This document shows positions 21,001-36,000 of a stretch of DNA of 64,000 bases, in pieces. The position numbers were made by a program, and so were the translations under genes. Positions within the stretch are counted from its first letter, which is position 1. Every line of letters starts with the position of its first letter. This stretch comes from Callorhinchus milii (lineage: Eukaryota). The stretch spans positions 62,186,001 through 62,250,000 of the forward strand of contig NW_024704746.1 in the NCBI RefSeq assembly GCF_018977255.1, in the 5' to 3' direction. The notes below the pieces were generated by a model that saw nothing but the letters and a program-made list of their open reading frames with translations, had not been told where the DNA came from and did no database searches.

Positions 21001-24000
21001 GTTTACTCATGAACCTCTGCCTCCAAGTTATTTTAAAGGAGAAGAAACATGAAGAGAAGTGCTTTTCAGTCAAAAGACTTGTTCAAATGCTGGTAGTTCC
21101 AACACTTCTTACAAGTGCAGACCAAAGCTGCCACCCTTGTTAAAGTAAATTAAACTAATCAGGGCAAGTTGTATCTCCTCCAGCAGCAAAATAATCAAGA
21201 GAAAGAGGAAGGAAATTCTGCAGGATCCAAAAACTAAAGATATTTATGTAAGATATTAATATCACATATTCTTCTGTAGTTAGGGGTTGGGAAATAATTC
21301 AACTGGTATGTCCTTCCCCTAGGCTTTTTTTCAATATAAAGTGTTCATTGGTACTGTAACACATCAGTTATGTGGAAGGAAAATTAAATTTGAACCCACC
21401 TTTTACAAGTTAAAATGTAACCCTTTTAGCCGCACAAATAAGCTAATTTGTTCACTCATCTGTATCTCAATTTGCTTTGTTAACGTAATCAAGTGTCACT
21501 GATAGGTGTTTCTCCTCAGACATGCCTGCAGTTTAAGGGTTAAAATAGTTGCGAACAGTTGCACCATGTGTGAAAAGGCATCATCCTGCTGTTCCTGTAC
21601 CTATTCTCAAGAGTAGAATAATGATACATAATAAAAATAATAATCCTTGCATTTGACATAGCCCCTTATCACGTCTTCGAGACGTCTCAAAGCGCTTCAC
21701 AGAATATACTGTAATGTGAATTGACTGTAATTTGTGGGTGAAACATGGCAGCCAATTGTGCACAGCAGTGTCCCACAAACGCTTGCGGATTGAGTGATCA
21801 AATTATTATTATTATTTTTAAGGGATTATGGTACAAGTAAATGCAGAGTCCAGCTCTTCTTACCATCAATGCAGAGTTCAAATTAACACTGACTAAGATA
21901 AAAAAAAACCTTGCACAGCAAGTAGACCACTGCGAGGGCTATAACATGAAAGGTTATCTACACTCTGCAATTAAGTCCAGAAGTGTTTGATCCTGCATTT
22001 CCACATAACTATTGCAGTATGAGAAGCTTACAAACACAATGTAAAAATCCCTGGATTTTTTTTATAAAAAAGTATTGGAGGACAGTGTTAATCCATTAAC
22101 GCATGACTAACTATTGGTTCGGTGAGACTCGAGGATTCCTGTAGCATATTAGTTAGAGCACTCGCCTCGCAAGTGAGAGGACCTGGGTTTGATTCCTGGG
22201 CAGGGCAAAATCTTAGGCAAGTTTCCTTACTCTACACACCTGTTTATACCTAGCAATAAGGAACCAAATTATTAGTTGATGAGCAGATCTCTTTCCGGGA
22301 GTATTAATCCCTTACAAAAAAACTATTTGGTCAATGATTGTTTGTGGGACACTGCTGTATGCAATTGGATGCTACGTGTCGCTCACAAAATAAACAATTA
22401 ACTTTACAGTATATTCTGTCAAGCGCTTTGAGACGTCTCAAAGACGTGAGAAGGCCCTGTACCAAATGCAAGGATTATTAGTTTTAGGAATAGGCTGGAG
22501 AGGTTGAGGAGGTCAGAGCGCAGGACATAAAACGTTAATGGGAGTATAACTTCCGGCTTGTCAACATTTAACTGCAGGAAGTTTGCACTCAACCAGGCCT
22601 TGATGTCTGTCAAGCAGCTGACAGAACATCAGCAGACCTGGAAGAGAAGTAGATTTCGATGTCACCTGCATCCATGTGGAAGTTGACCCCGTGTCTGCAG
22701 ATGACATCACCAAGAGGGCGCATGTAAATAAGGAAAAGAAGTGCTATGGGATCTTTAATGTCCACATGAACAGACAGACTTCAGTTTAACATCTCATCCG
22801 AATGATGGCATCACCGACAATGCAACACACCCCCAGCACTGCACTGGAGGGTTAGCTTCGACTATGAGTTCAAGCCCTAACGTGGGATTTGAACCCACAG
22901 CCTTCTGACTCAATTAAATACAAATTAAATATTCAAATACGTTAAAACTAGGAATAAAATGCGAGGCAGACTTGCAATGGGTTCAAGGTCACCACTGCAT
23001 GTTGTGACGTCATCTCAAGAGTAAAAACAAAATCACATTTTGTTATCAGGATTATGACAGTAGGGACTATTTTATTTTTGTCTCCTGATCATTGGTTGGT
23101 GACTTGTGGTTGCTTGGGCACCATTTGTTTAGAGCACAATATCCTTAGCGTGTGTGTGAAGGGCAGACAGCTGTTAAAGAGGTGAACACCATAAAAGGAA
23201 CAAAAATTGTATGGTGAAAATTACAGCTCATGCACTGAACAATGCAACCCTTGGTATAAATATCCCTTCTCTCCCTGGTGTATCCTTCAAAAGAGCAATA
23301 ATTCTCTCACAGCTGAACTACATTGGAAACTTTGGCAGACAGCAATAGCACACAAATTCAGAGATTTGGTCCAGTGCCTCTAAACGCATTGCTGGCTTTG
23401 GCAGCCATTTATTTAAACCTGAGACTCGTGGACTGAAAAGAAAGCACAGTGAACTCAGGAACACAACACTACTAAAGCACAAGTTAAGTAATGTGAAATC
23501 TATTTTGTGCAGTTTGGCTTGCACTGTGACAATTGCTCAATACAACCAGTGTTTCAAAGCCCGTTGCTTGCTCTCTCCCCCTCCTCTCAGTTTTCTTGTT
23601 CTCCTTGAAGGACTTTGGAACTCGAAGAGGTTAACAGACACCAGATGACTTGTTTAAAAAAACAAAGCCAACTTTCCTCATTCCCACACAACTCTGAACT
23701 TTACAGCAATTGAACGGTCACCAGGAGGCTCGACTTATGCTTTGATTATGACCCATTATGTCTCCAGTATTCCCATTCCTCTTGAACACTATGTGGTCCT
23801 TTCCCCTTCTCCTGCTCTTCTTTATCAGTAGTCCCGGTTCATTTGAGAGGGCTTTCATGGGTTTAATATTGTTTCTATTTACTTTTTAAAAAATGTGAAT
23901 ATATGAGAGATGCACACCATATTCTCGATGGAATTGGTAAAGCTACAGTCTTATGTGAAACAAAGGCTCCCATGTACAATTCCTACTCTTTTCTGAATGA

Positions 24001-27000
24001 GATGATCTTGGCTAGAGTGGAAACCAGGGCACCAGAGAAGTTAAAATTTGTCTCCACATCATGGTCTACCTAAGGGAGGGCAAAGCAAGAGAGCAAGAAT
24101 CTGGCTCCCTTTCCCAGCCATTAACCAATGACTCCTGCTCTAACACTCTGCAAGTGATTAGGACTGAGCTCAAGTAGGATTGTCTCCCTCTCTAACACTT
24201 CTTCTCTTCCTCGTTCCCAACAATCTTCACAAAAGTCAGTCTCATACCGGAAAAATGACCATGTCGAAAACTACGGGGTGGGGGGCGAGTTTGAGTGGAT
24301 TGAGAAGGGAACCAGGCACAAACATAAGAACATAAGAATTTGCTAGGCGAAAGAAAACCAAGGTCCATCTATTTCACCTTCCACCACCCTGGCAAGTTTT
24401 GTTCCAAACTATATACTGTATCCTGAGATATTATCATCTAGCAGAAATCTATCCAATTTGTTCTTGAAACAAACAACATTTTCTTCTTCCACCGTCTCCC
24501 TAGGGAGTCTGTTTTAGAAGTTTACTACTTGCTCACTGAAACATCAACAACAACAAGATTCCATTTATAGAGCGCCTTTCACGTCGGGAGGACGTCCCAA
24601 GGCGCTGTACAGTTGGGTCAGGACCCGAGCAGGGGGGAAATGGTCAGGGTGAGGGGAGGGAAGGGAGGGAGCGAGGAGAGGGTAGAGAGTCGAGAGGGGA
24701 GCTGAAGGCACGGTCAAAGAGAAAGGTCTTGAGACAGGCCTTGAAGGAGGAAATGGAGGAAGCGGCGAAGGCACTGGGGGATGGAGTTCCAGAGCCTCGG
24801 GGCTGAGAGAAACATGAGGGAGGATGAGAAACAGAGGTTTCTAGAATACTACTGTCTACGACTACTACTCTCAAAGTACTTTCCCAATCTAACTCGTGCA
24901 TCTTGCAGCTCTGTAGTCCGAGCAAGTTTAATGAATTTAAGTTCTGCTTTTTAGGATTGAAAAGGCCTGGATTATGCCCCCTTACAAATGCCGTTTTACC
25001 AATAAAGTGTTAAATTCTGTAAACCCGAGTTGCATCACTTGCTGCAATGTAGCCATGCATTTCCTGTGTGGGGGCGGTAGAACTCCACATACGCTTGCAA
25101 ATTGTGACTTACTCTTACAGTAATGGCAGTCAATTTTCTTTTCATTGAGCAGCTTAATCAGCTCAGCAGAAATAGAATGGCCATATAGAATATCACCCCA
25201 CAACAACAAATGATATTTGTATAGCGCATTTCACGTCGAGAGGATGTCCCAAGTCGCTGGACAGTCAAGGATTTGGACCCGAGCTCCGGGTTGGGATCAG
25301 AAGAGGTGCAGGGCAGGTGGGGGCAGGAGGGTAATCGAAGGTGCCGTTGAAGAGAAGGATCTTGAGGCAGCCCTTGAAGAAGACAAAGAAGGGGGCGAGG
25401 CAAAGGTACTGTGGGATGGAGTTCCAAAGGATGGGGTAGAAAGCCCAACTGCTGAACGTGGGTCAGCCAGGCGGGGGACACTCAGTGGAGGGAACAGACA
25501 GGCCTTGTATGGGATTAGCAGGTTACAGATGTAGGGAGAAGCAATACCAAGGAGGAGGGCCTTGAAGGCAAGGATGAGGATTTGGAACTCGAACCTCTGG
25601 GAATAGGACTTTAGGAAAAGGCAGGATCTGTGTTGGCTGCCGTCAGTCCAAAGGAAATCAACACATGACCTCTTGGATGTAATCTTCTGCTTAATAGTGT
25701 AACCAACAGAGTAATCCATTTCTCCACAGTCCTGCAGTCCCCTACAGTACTTACAAAATAATCTTCAATAATAGATGAGAACTAAAGAATGCTACTCATT
25801 TAAAAAAAACACACAATTCACTGTGAGGTAATAGATTTGTAGCTCAAGTAACATTTCAGACAATTGTACTTTTATACTCGCTGACCTATTTCGTCTCCCA
25901 CAAGTGTGTTCCAACTGGTACAAACTAAGTTTGTGTATGTGTTTTTATTTAAAATATGGCTTTTCTTAGTTTTACACAGCCATTTACAAAAATAAACCAT
26001 ATCTGTGGGCCAAAGCAGTTTGAAGTTTTTAGCTACAACTACTGTCACATAATCATCCCATTCTACATCAGCAAATAGATATCCTCAACAAGAAATGTAC
26101 ACTTACGTTTGTCAGCTCGTAAATTCAATGTGTTGGATGGTTGTTCTCGAGCAATGGACAAAGGTGATATTTTTCTCACTGAAGGGGTTTCATTTTGCAT
26201 GGTGGAAGTAACAGTGGCACTTAAAACACTGGAGATACTTTTAGGTATAGCTGTGCCAACATCCATCTCCTCTGGTTCAGAGTCGTCAGAATGGAGAGGG
26301 TTAGTAAAACTGAGGGGTGGTGGATTTGCACAAGGTTCACTCGTACCCACGGTTACAGGGGGAACAACAGGTGTCTCTTTTGAGGACGTCTCTGCTGTCA
26401 GAGCGGGTGCAGGAGAAGATTGACATTCGGTTTTGAATAATTTATCAGCAGTGGAAGACTTGCTAAAGGCAGGTGGCGTACATTCAACACTTTGCATGTT
26501 CCATGAGGCTTGAGCTCTCTCTTTGAGTGGCAGTTGCACTGGTCTCTGTAGAACGTCAGAATTTAGCTGACTCTTCACTTCCTGAGTAGCACAAGAGTGC
26601 TGCAGAGTGTCCACTTGGGAGTTCACAGAGTTCAATTCCTCGGATTTACAGATCTTCTCAATCTCAATCACTGAAGTGGATTTAGCTTTAGTTAAGGGTG
26701 TTCTATTAAAAGAACCGTTTCCACCAGGTGGTGACATTTCAAAACTCTTAGGTCCTTCTTGGAGTGGTATCTTCTTTATTTCAATACTCAGTTTTCTCTC
26801 CAGCTTTTTCTCAATGGATTCAGTGTGTGAAGAGGGACAATTTTCAACCTGTTTGAAGGTATCCGCTGGCTTGTTGAAGTTTTCGTTGAGGTCTGTGGCA
26901 TGTGATTGTGTAAACAAGTGTACGACTGGTTTGGGATGATATCGATCGTTATCCTGCCAGACAGTTGTAACAGCAGGATATGCAGATGGAGGTGAAGGAG

Positions 27001-30000
27001 TCAGGATGGGTGGGACTGGTTGTGGTTCTGGAGGTTGCAAGATTTCTTCTTTAGCATCCCCTTCCACCAGGCAGCTACAGAAATGTTATTGGAAACAAAG
27101 ACATTAGCACGACCGAGGCACAAGGAATATATAACACCAACTTTTGAAAAAACAGAATCTACAGGTTGTTTTATTGTCAAACCACAAACAGTGGTGAAGT
27201 TTAGATCTTCCTGGAAAAAAAGTAACACAGAAAATAGAAAATTAAATATCAGAAAAAAACTTTTGTAAATTGAATTTTAGGCTACTTTTCTCTGCTGGTG
27301 AAAATTATTTACAGTATAAAATTCAAACCAATGAGAATCAGGAGTAGTTCACAAAGTCAACAATACCCCAGAAATGACCAGTAACTTAAACACTAGTTGG
27401 ATATCCCACAATACTGTTATTTAATGTATAAGTAATGTTCTGTAAACTATATTGTAATCCTTGCATTTGATAGTGCCTTAGCATGTCGTCAAAACGTCTC
27501 AAAGCGTTTCACAGGATTTACTGTAAAATATAGAGAATGTAATTGTAGGCAAATGTGGCAACCAATTTGTACACGCCAGAATGCCACAAACAGCAGTGAA
27601 ATGAATGTCCAATTTCACCCACAAAATATACAATCAATTCACTTATCAGTATATTCTGTGTAGCGCTTTGAGATGTCTCGAATATGTGATAAGGCATTAT
27701 GTAAAATGCAAGGTTTCTTAAGGATTATTATCTGGGCCAATGACACCAGGAGAAATTACACTTCTCTTTTCAAATACCCTTATTTAATTAACAAGTGAGC
27801 TGCATTTTCTTCCTCCTCTGGTCAAAGGACTTAAAATATCTGCTCACACAAAGTGAGAGAAGCCCCTTCTATGGATTCAAGCTCAAAGTTGAAGAAGTGA
27901 AATGAGTGTTCTAACAAAGTGAATCATTTATTTTCATCATTCATTTTCTCTGCAAAACTGAATTGATTCTCCTACCTTCTTGAACAGTGAACACATTTTG
28001 ATTTTCAACAGTAAATTTCGGACACTCTCCTCAAGGTTTGGAGCAACAAGATAATTGTATTTTTCATCATGAAATTCTACATCTCACTGCCAATCCAGTG
28101 AATGAACAATAAAATCTGCTGAACAGCAAAATTCATTTTTCCACTGCTGTATGTAGTTAAACCATACAAATCTAAATATATGTTTGCGACACTGTGGCAA
28201 GATGCTCACGATAAGTAAGTTTCGCACCGTAGTCAAATTAGAATGACCATGTACACCGCAAAAACAGCAATGGAAAATGTATGTACAAATTAGTACCGTT
28301 GCGCATCAAAGGAAACGGCACGCTGTACAATACACAAATGACTAATTATTCAAAAGGTGAGGCTTCAACTCAAAAATTAATCGGTTCATGTAGAAAGCGT
28401 AAAAGTTGACATATCATGTCCTGTTACAAGTAGACTTCCTGCTTTACTTTCATTTACTAAAATGTTATAACACAGGGTACCAATATGTCAGAGAGCTTTA
28501 TTAGTGAAGAAATGGATGACTTCTGGGTTGTCATATTATCAATGAATGTGGTGTCCTGTACACTAGGCGTGGCTGCTATAATAATAATAATCCTTGCATT
28601 TGATATAGTGCTTTTCACATCTTCTAGACGTCTCAAAGAGCTTCCCAGAATAGACTAAAGTGAATTGACTGTATATTCGTGGGCGAAATGCGGCAGCCAA
28701 TTGCGAACAACAGTGTCCCACAAACAGTCGTGGATTGAAATTACCAATGTAGACCACGCAAGGCAAAATTTCATTTTAAATCTCACTTTAGACTTTTTAG
28801 TATCAAACGCATTTTCTTTAACTCAACAAGCTTTGTTGAGCAAGTGCAAAAAGCTCACTCTCACTACAACATCAGCAGCAAATGGTTGACCTGGAGGTTT
28901 GCAGATGATTATCCCTGAGTGCCTAGTTCTTTGGGACGTCCTACCAAAGTGAAAGGTGCTGTAGAATGTAACGGCTTGTCCATCTGGGAAGCTAGGTGTA
29001 CCGCCCTTTCCATATCACACAGATTACCCTGAATTTCATCAGACAGCCACAACAAGCTTCTCATGGGTGTAAAATAACTAGCCTGACTGTCTGCCTCGAG
29101 AGTTCAGAGTGACTGGCAAAGGACAATGAAGAGTTGATCTGCCAGTAAATGCATGTGATGTTGTACAAAATTTCATCTATGGTAAGAAAAAGCATTCCAA
29201 TAAAATTTTTCCTTTCTGTACACTACCTGCCTGTACCTATGAATGAGCAATACTTTAGACTGCAGAAGAAAACTGTGAGCACTGTACTATTTTAGTTTTA
29301 TTCTTTGCAGTTGACCTGGATTATCTAGAACGCATATGTTACCTGCACTACACAGAGCACTGCAGTCAATACAGACATCCATTACAGGTGTCTCTGCGAA
29401 TGCTTATTCTGATTAAGGGCACAACAGATATTTATTTTTATACATATAAATGCTTCTTTATATACACAAATGCAGTGCTTGTGGGGGGGGTGGGGGGTTG
29501 CATTGTCAGATGAGATGTTAAACCGAGGCAAGGATTATTATTTATTAACATGTTCCTGTCTGCATCATTAGTACATCAAAATCAAAAGCCAATAGTACAT
29601 TCTCAAACTGTATATTTCCCTCAGTATCTCAAAACCGTGCAACTCCTTCATACTACAACCTACTGACATTAAAACCCAAGTTTAGAGTCACTTAACCACT
29701 TGCAGTAATGTTTTACCCCATTTTGCAACCTGCGGTACAAATTAAATAAAATTACCTTCGGACTCGTGGTGGCTTGGGCGGTGGCATGTCAGATTTCTCA
29801 GCAACAGAAGATGTGGCAGTATTCTCAGTACTAATTTCATCCTGGAAAAAAAAGGTTTAAAACCACTAAGATAGACCAAGACTCTGGGTTACTGCTGCCA
29901 AAACATTCTTAAACAAAATAATTTGCTCCTTTCCAAACACGGCTTATTCATTATGTGGAGTCCTGTAGCTCAGTGGTTAAAGCACTCGCCTCGCTAGTGA

Positions 30001-33000
30001 GAGACCTGGGTTCAATTCCTGGCAGAGTGAAATGTTGGGAAAGTTTCCTTAATCCACGTGCCTGTTTACCTAGCAGTACGTAGGAACCTGGTGGTTAGTC
30101 GATTGGTGGTTTGCTTTTCCGAGGGTAATAATTCCTTCCAAACAAAAATATTAATAATAAACCGGTCACTTCAATCCACAACTGGTTATGGGACACTATT
30201 GTGCGCAATTGGCTGACATGTTTCATTCACAAAATATACAGTCAATTCACTTTACAGTATATTCTGTGAAGCGCTTTGAGACGTCTCGAAAACGTGATAA
30301 GGCGCTATATCAAATGCAAGGAGTATTATTATCGTCTGCTTGTGGGATTCAAACGAGTGTAATCAGCAGCCTTTAATTAATGTACATTCTCCTCGCAAAT
30401 ATGGATTTCAATAATTATTTGGTAGGCATTGTTACTTAAAAGTACATTCTTCTAAAAACCACTAACAGGGAATTAGATAGAGGAAAATATTTGTTGTTCG
30501 AGTTCCGATAGAGTCTATAAATGTAAGATTTGAAAATACAGCCGTCACCTCTGAACAATAATAACATCAACAACACTGCAAAGTGACAAATTTAATGGTG
30601 CATATGGTTAAGCAAATCATAGTTCAGGTTGATGCAATAGCTTGAAACATTTTTTAAAAACATAATAATTTGGTCACCCAATCCACGACTGTGTGTGGCA
30701 CTCTGCCTTGCGCAATTAACTGCAATTTCACCCACAAAATAATCACTACATATTGCAGTATATTCTGTGAAGGGCTTTGAGACATCTTGAAGACATGACA
30801 AGGCACTATATGAAATGCAAGGATTATTATTATTATAGCTTGCCCCCAGTTCATGACAATCTTACGTAGGAAAGTTGCCACCTTATAGTCAATTTACATT
30901 GCAATTTCTCCAATTATTTCACCTGTACAATAAGAAATTTGCCTGGTTTGAGCAATCAACTGATGTCTTGTGGAGAAAAGTTTCTATTCCAAAAGGAACA
31001 TGAGAAAACTGCTGAATTTCGTATCACTGAATTATTTCTATCATATATTTAATTATTCTTTGTTTTCTTTAAAACAATTTCAAAACTTACAAATGCTAGA
31101 AAAGACTGTTTCACTGAAAATGAGGAAACAGAAACGGGCCCCACACATTCATTTTTTTCCAATGAAAAAAGCAGCATCAGAACCTATTGCATGAATTTTA
31201 CCTACCAGAAATGAGAAACCATTTAAAGAGTGGAATATAAGTGACGTTAGATAATGATGGTCATAAATTTTAGCCATGTAAAATCTGCTATGCAAGTACA
31301 AGTTGTAATTTATACAAGTATTAAATCATCTAAGAAGTTACTTTCACACGTAAGACTCTGTTAGAACCACAATTACAATGCAAATTTACAAAGCACCTTC
31401 ACGTCAAGAGGATGTCCAATTCTTACAACCGTAACAATATTAAACCAGTTATCAAATGCAAGATATAATTCACAAGTTTTCAATATGATTTTTCTTTACT
31501 TATAAAAGTTCTATGGAGCATTTGAGTGAAAGAATACTGTGCCGTTTGATATGATTTTCTACAAAGTGAAATATCCAAAACAAACATCACTCACTGTGTT
31601 GGGACTTTCAGTGCATTGACACCTCTGTAGTTCCTTTTCGAATAGTTGAGCTATTGCACGGTGAACCAGCTCATATTGTTCCTGAAGGTAAAAAAATTTG
31701 TATTTAAAACTTTGACACTGAAATTAGATCTGACAGATGATTTGGTCAATTTCAAACTTCAATTTAAAATTACACATTCATGCTATCAACTTGCACCGCT
31801 TCTACTGCAGCATTTTTGGTCTGAATCACATCATCAAATCATGTACTCTTACGTGTGAAAAACATACTCTTAAGGGTGAAAAATAGTTGAAAACTTTTAA
31901 TGCTAAGAAAAAGCTGCAATAGGGTGTCACCATGCTATCAATGGACCACTGTTACACTAGGGCATGTTATAACGAGTGCAGACTGAACTTCAGATATCAT
32001 TTACTGAATAAAATCTGCCACACGGGTGAACATACCTTTGTCTGTACTGCAGAGTGCCTTTGTGTTCTCATTTCCTGGATCAAACTGTAAACACTGAATT
32101 CTTCAGGAATTTTCTGGAAGATAAACATTAGTGCCTATAAGTCCCAGTGAACTGCAGTCTTCAGATGTGTGGTTTCCTTTAATAAAACCAAGACAACGGA
32201 ACTCCATTCATATTTCTTCAATGGCGTGTGTGTTGCATACATACGTGCAACCAATTCATTCAGGCAGTTTTTTTCTCAAAAGGTTTAAAACATCTGACCT
32301 GCTTTACTTCGTTATATAGTTCAAGTGGACCATATATAAAGCCAATATTTTTCTGACTGCTCAGCACCTTGGGACGTCCTCCCGACGTGAAAGGCACTAT
32401 ACAAATGAAACTTTGTTGTTGTTGTATCTGTTATTTGAGCCTTAAAACACAAACTACAAGATGGATGGGGCAGAGAAAGACAACCAGTCCCCCTTTTGAA
32501 AAAATCAATACATGTCTTCTAAGGAACAGGTTATTTGATTTCTCCAAAGGAAAGGAGCCCAGTCTCTTTCCAATGAATAACACTGCTTCACTTAACATGA
32601 TGATCAATGAGGATCAGATGTCAACATTTAAAGAATGTTTGCAGAAAAGATTCAAATGGCTGCTATCAATATTTATTCCAGGAGAACAGTAAATACTGCA
32701 ACAGGATTACATCCTCCACAAGGCTGAGCAATTTTTCACATATCTAGGCTAGCAATCTAGTGAGATGCATTTGGACATCCATTTGGTCATGAATTAATAA
32801 CTCACCCCAGCTTTTAGTAAATTCCAAGTATAATCAATTGCACATATGGCTCCAGTTCTTCCACATCCAGCACTATGGAAAAAGAAAATATATTTAGGGA
32901 ATTCTTCTCATATCTTATGTATATTGTCTTTAATGACTGCATAAGATTCATATGGTTCTGTACCAGTAAAATCAGGAGGCATTTGCTCTGCACTTTGTGC

Positions 33001-36000
33001 TTGCAGGTAAAAGAACATAGATAAAATGAAACCACAAATAAAATTTAACAGGAAAATTGATCACTTCTGAATCGAGCAGAATGAAAAGATTAAAAATCAA
33101 GACTCTTCTCTCACAGGATAAGTTATGGTAGTTTCAAACCAGAATCTATTTGAAGACCACTGCATAACAGGAGCTGGATTTAAAGCCATAAATCTAAATG
33201 ATCTACCTATGGGCTTTGTGATTTATTAGTTATATTTTTTTTATTAAATTGGTCTCATTTAAATCTAGTGATATCCTGTTCTTCACCGGCCAGTTGTGAT
33301 AGTGGCATATTGAAGCAAGAAGTCAATGTTGACTTTCCTGAAACACAGGTTACCTGCTAAAGAAATGAACATTTCCCCCCCAAAAAAATTCCAAGATTTA
33401 AAACAAAGTCGACTCCTCTACCGACCAGCATTTTTCATATGAAGTTAAAAATGGCCTCAGGAAGCAGTTCTCCGGATTAGCTCAGATGATATAGTCCCTT
33501 TGGCTATTTGATCTGATCCTTTCACAATACTATCCGTTGGGAATCAAAATACTGTATAAGTATTAGTTTCAGTTGCAAATTTAAGCTATGGAAGTCTTCC
33601 TTGTTCTTGCATGCTGACATTCAGGCACCCAGGCTCCCCAGTTTCCTGGCTTGCATTAGGAATGGTTAACAAACCCCTGTATATAGCAGCTGAGAGAAGC
33701 TTGGTTTGGTCTCCTGGTACAGTATATACAGTGTATTGCCAAAAGACCATTTTTAGCACCGTCCGGATTGACTCTTTGCATGATATTCAGCAAAGAAACT
33801 GTTTCTGTGATTAAAATGTTTTTCCTCTGCATTGACAACAGAACCTCCTAAACCCACTCCATGCTCAAGTCACCAATTAATCAATTTTTGATGCAGGCGG
33901 CAATGGAATTCCAAGATCTATCAAAGATCTAATAAAATGGTGAAATCGGTATCACAGTCTGAATGGCCTACTACTGTTTGTTACTGTTACACACAATGTG
34001 ATGCAAGGTTACTGCCTGTTCAGGTGGACGTTAAAGATCCCTTGGCACTATTGGAAAAGAGAAGGGAGGTTCTCATGGTGTCGTAGCCAATAATCCCCCA
34101 AACAAAATTGGTCATTTGTTTCATGACTCTTTGTAGGACATTGCTGTGCGCAATTGTGCTGCCGTGTTTGCCTACAAATACACAACAAAAACTGTGAAGT
34201 GCTTTGAAGTGTCCTTCTGATATAATACAGCACTGTATCAAATGCAAAGATTATTATTATTATTATTATTATCTTCCATACCTGCAGTGGATACAAATAG
34301 GCACCTTCTCATGATCTTGATATTCTCGCATCAAACTGATCATATCCAAGATGGAATCAAATGAAGATGGAACATCATGGTCAGGCCAGTTTATGTAATG
34401 AAACTGATATAGTCTACGAGATTCCTATGTATAGGAAAGATACAATTGTTTAATTCTCTCCAATTTATCAACAGCAAAGATTAACAAATGAAGAATTAAT
34501 TCCAGTGCACATCTGACTTTACATTTTTCTAACATTCAATTTAGTACTAACAACAAGAGAGTAAGCATAAATGCATGATATAGCTGTCAGTGGGGAAGAG
34601 GGAAAGACGAGGATACAATTAAATCTGCTGCTGTTGGATCACAGATCAGCAAACACCACAGCCTGAATTACCTAACTCTTACTAGTGACAGTAGTTGTAC
34701 AAAATAGAAGCGGGAATGGGGGGGTGGGGAAAGAAAATGAATGAAAAACTAAACAAGAAGCACAAAACTGTCAACAATCTAACACAAGCTGGCCGTTTCA
34801 TTCAGATTTTTGCCCACAAAACACAGTCACTACACTTTAGAGTAAATCTTGTGCAGTGCTTTGGGACACCTGATATAAAAGGCACTATATACCAAATGCA
34901 AGGATTATTTTTTATTATTATTATGAGATTGGTCAAAACAATGAATGATAATGAAAACAAGCACAGAAGGGATACACTAGTGAGGCTGGGATTAAAGAAC
35001 ACGCTTAAGCAAAATAAGATATACTGAATCAGGTCTGGGAATACTCAATACCGATATTGTGAAATAAAAATGAGAAAATGTTCTATTCCCTGCAACAGAA
35101 ATTAGAATTTCTAATTCAAGTAATAAATATGGCCACAGTATTCATTACGCAAAGTGAAGAAGCACCACCTTCTTTGTGACTTCATTTTTAATTGAGTTAT
35201 AGTTTAAAAAGTTGAATCATCATGACACAAGGAACTAAAAAGCCATTTTTAAGCAACTTGGCGTGAATTCGTCGGGTGAACACTTATCGACATTTCACTA
35301 AAGTTATACGACGTGAACATGTGGAAAAGTAAGTTTCATCAGGAAAATTAATCTTTAAAACACTACATTTGCATTAAAAATACTCACATTCTGGAATTCC
35401 ACTAATAGAGTTCTTATAAAATAGTCGTTCCTAGCTTGTTCAGCTTCCTGGAGAGAGGAAAAAGGATATCACTGGTGAGCACAGTACACCTGCAACATTC
35501 CCAACAGCACCAAACTATGACTGCAAAAGATGATGAAAAGTAAAGTGTTAGCAGCACTACAAAAGGTCTATTGGGCAAAGGTACTGCCGGATAACTACCA
35601 TGTTTATACAGATTGGAAGGTTATTGGAACAGTTCATTCCTGCTTGGTGAGGTTACCTAGTATCAGACACCATTACAATTGGCCTCATTGCTAGGTAGAG
35701 GCTTCCAGAGACCTTGCTGGAAGGTAAATGATAAAACGATAAAATTCAGCAACAGTTCAATTATGCTGCTAAAACTAACTGTCAGGGCTCACACGTTAAT
35801 GGTTACTTGGGCAGGATTTCAGAAGGTGCACAGTGCCTGAGGAAGCTTACACCAGCTGAAGGGGGGGAAAAGGAGTCAAACAGCTTCAAGAAAGGAGGGG
35901 AAAAAGATTCAAGTGTTCAGTTATTTTTTTCCTGTGAATCCTTTTTTCTTGGAAAGATTTACATGAATGGAATTTCAGCACTTTGGGACATCCTCAAGAT

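Noticed and set aside
26109-26939. + strand ORFs 26109..26423 and 26607..26939
   Set aside because: Antisense shadows of PTPN12 exon 13.
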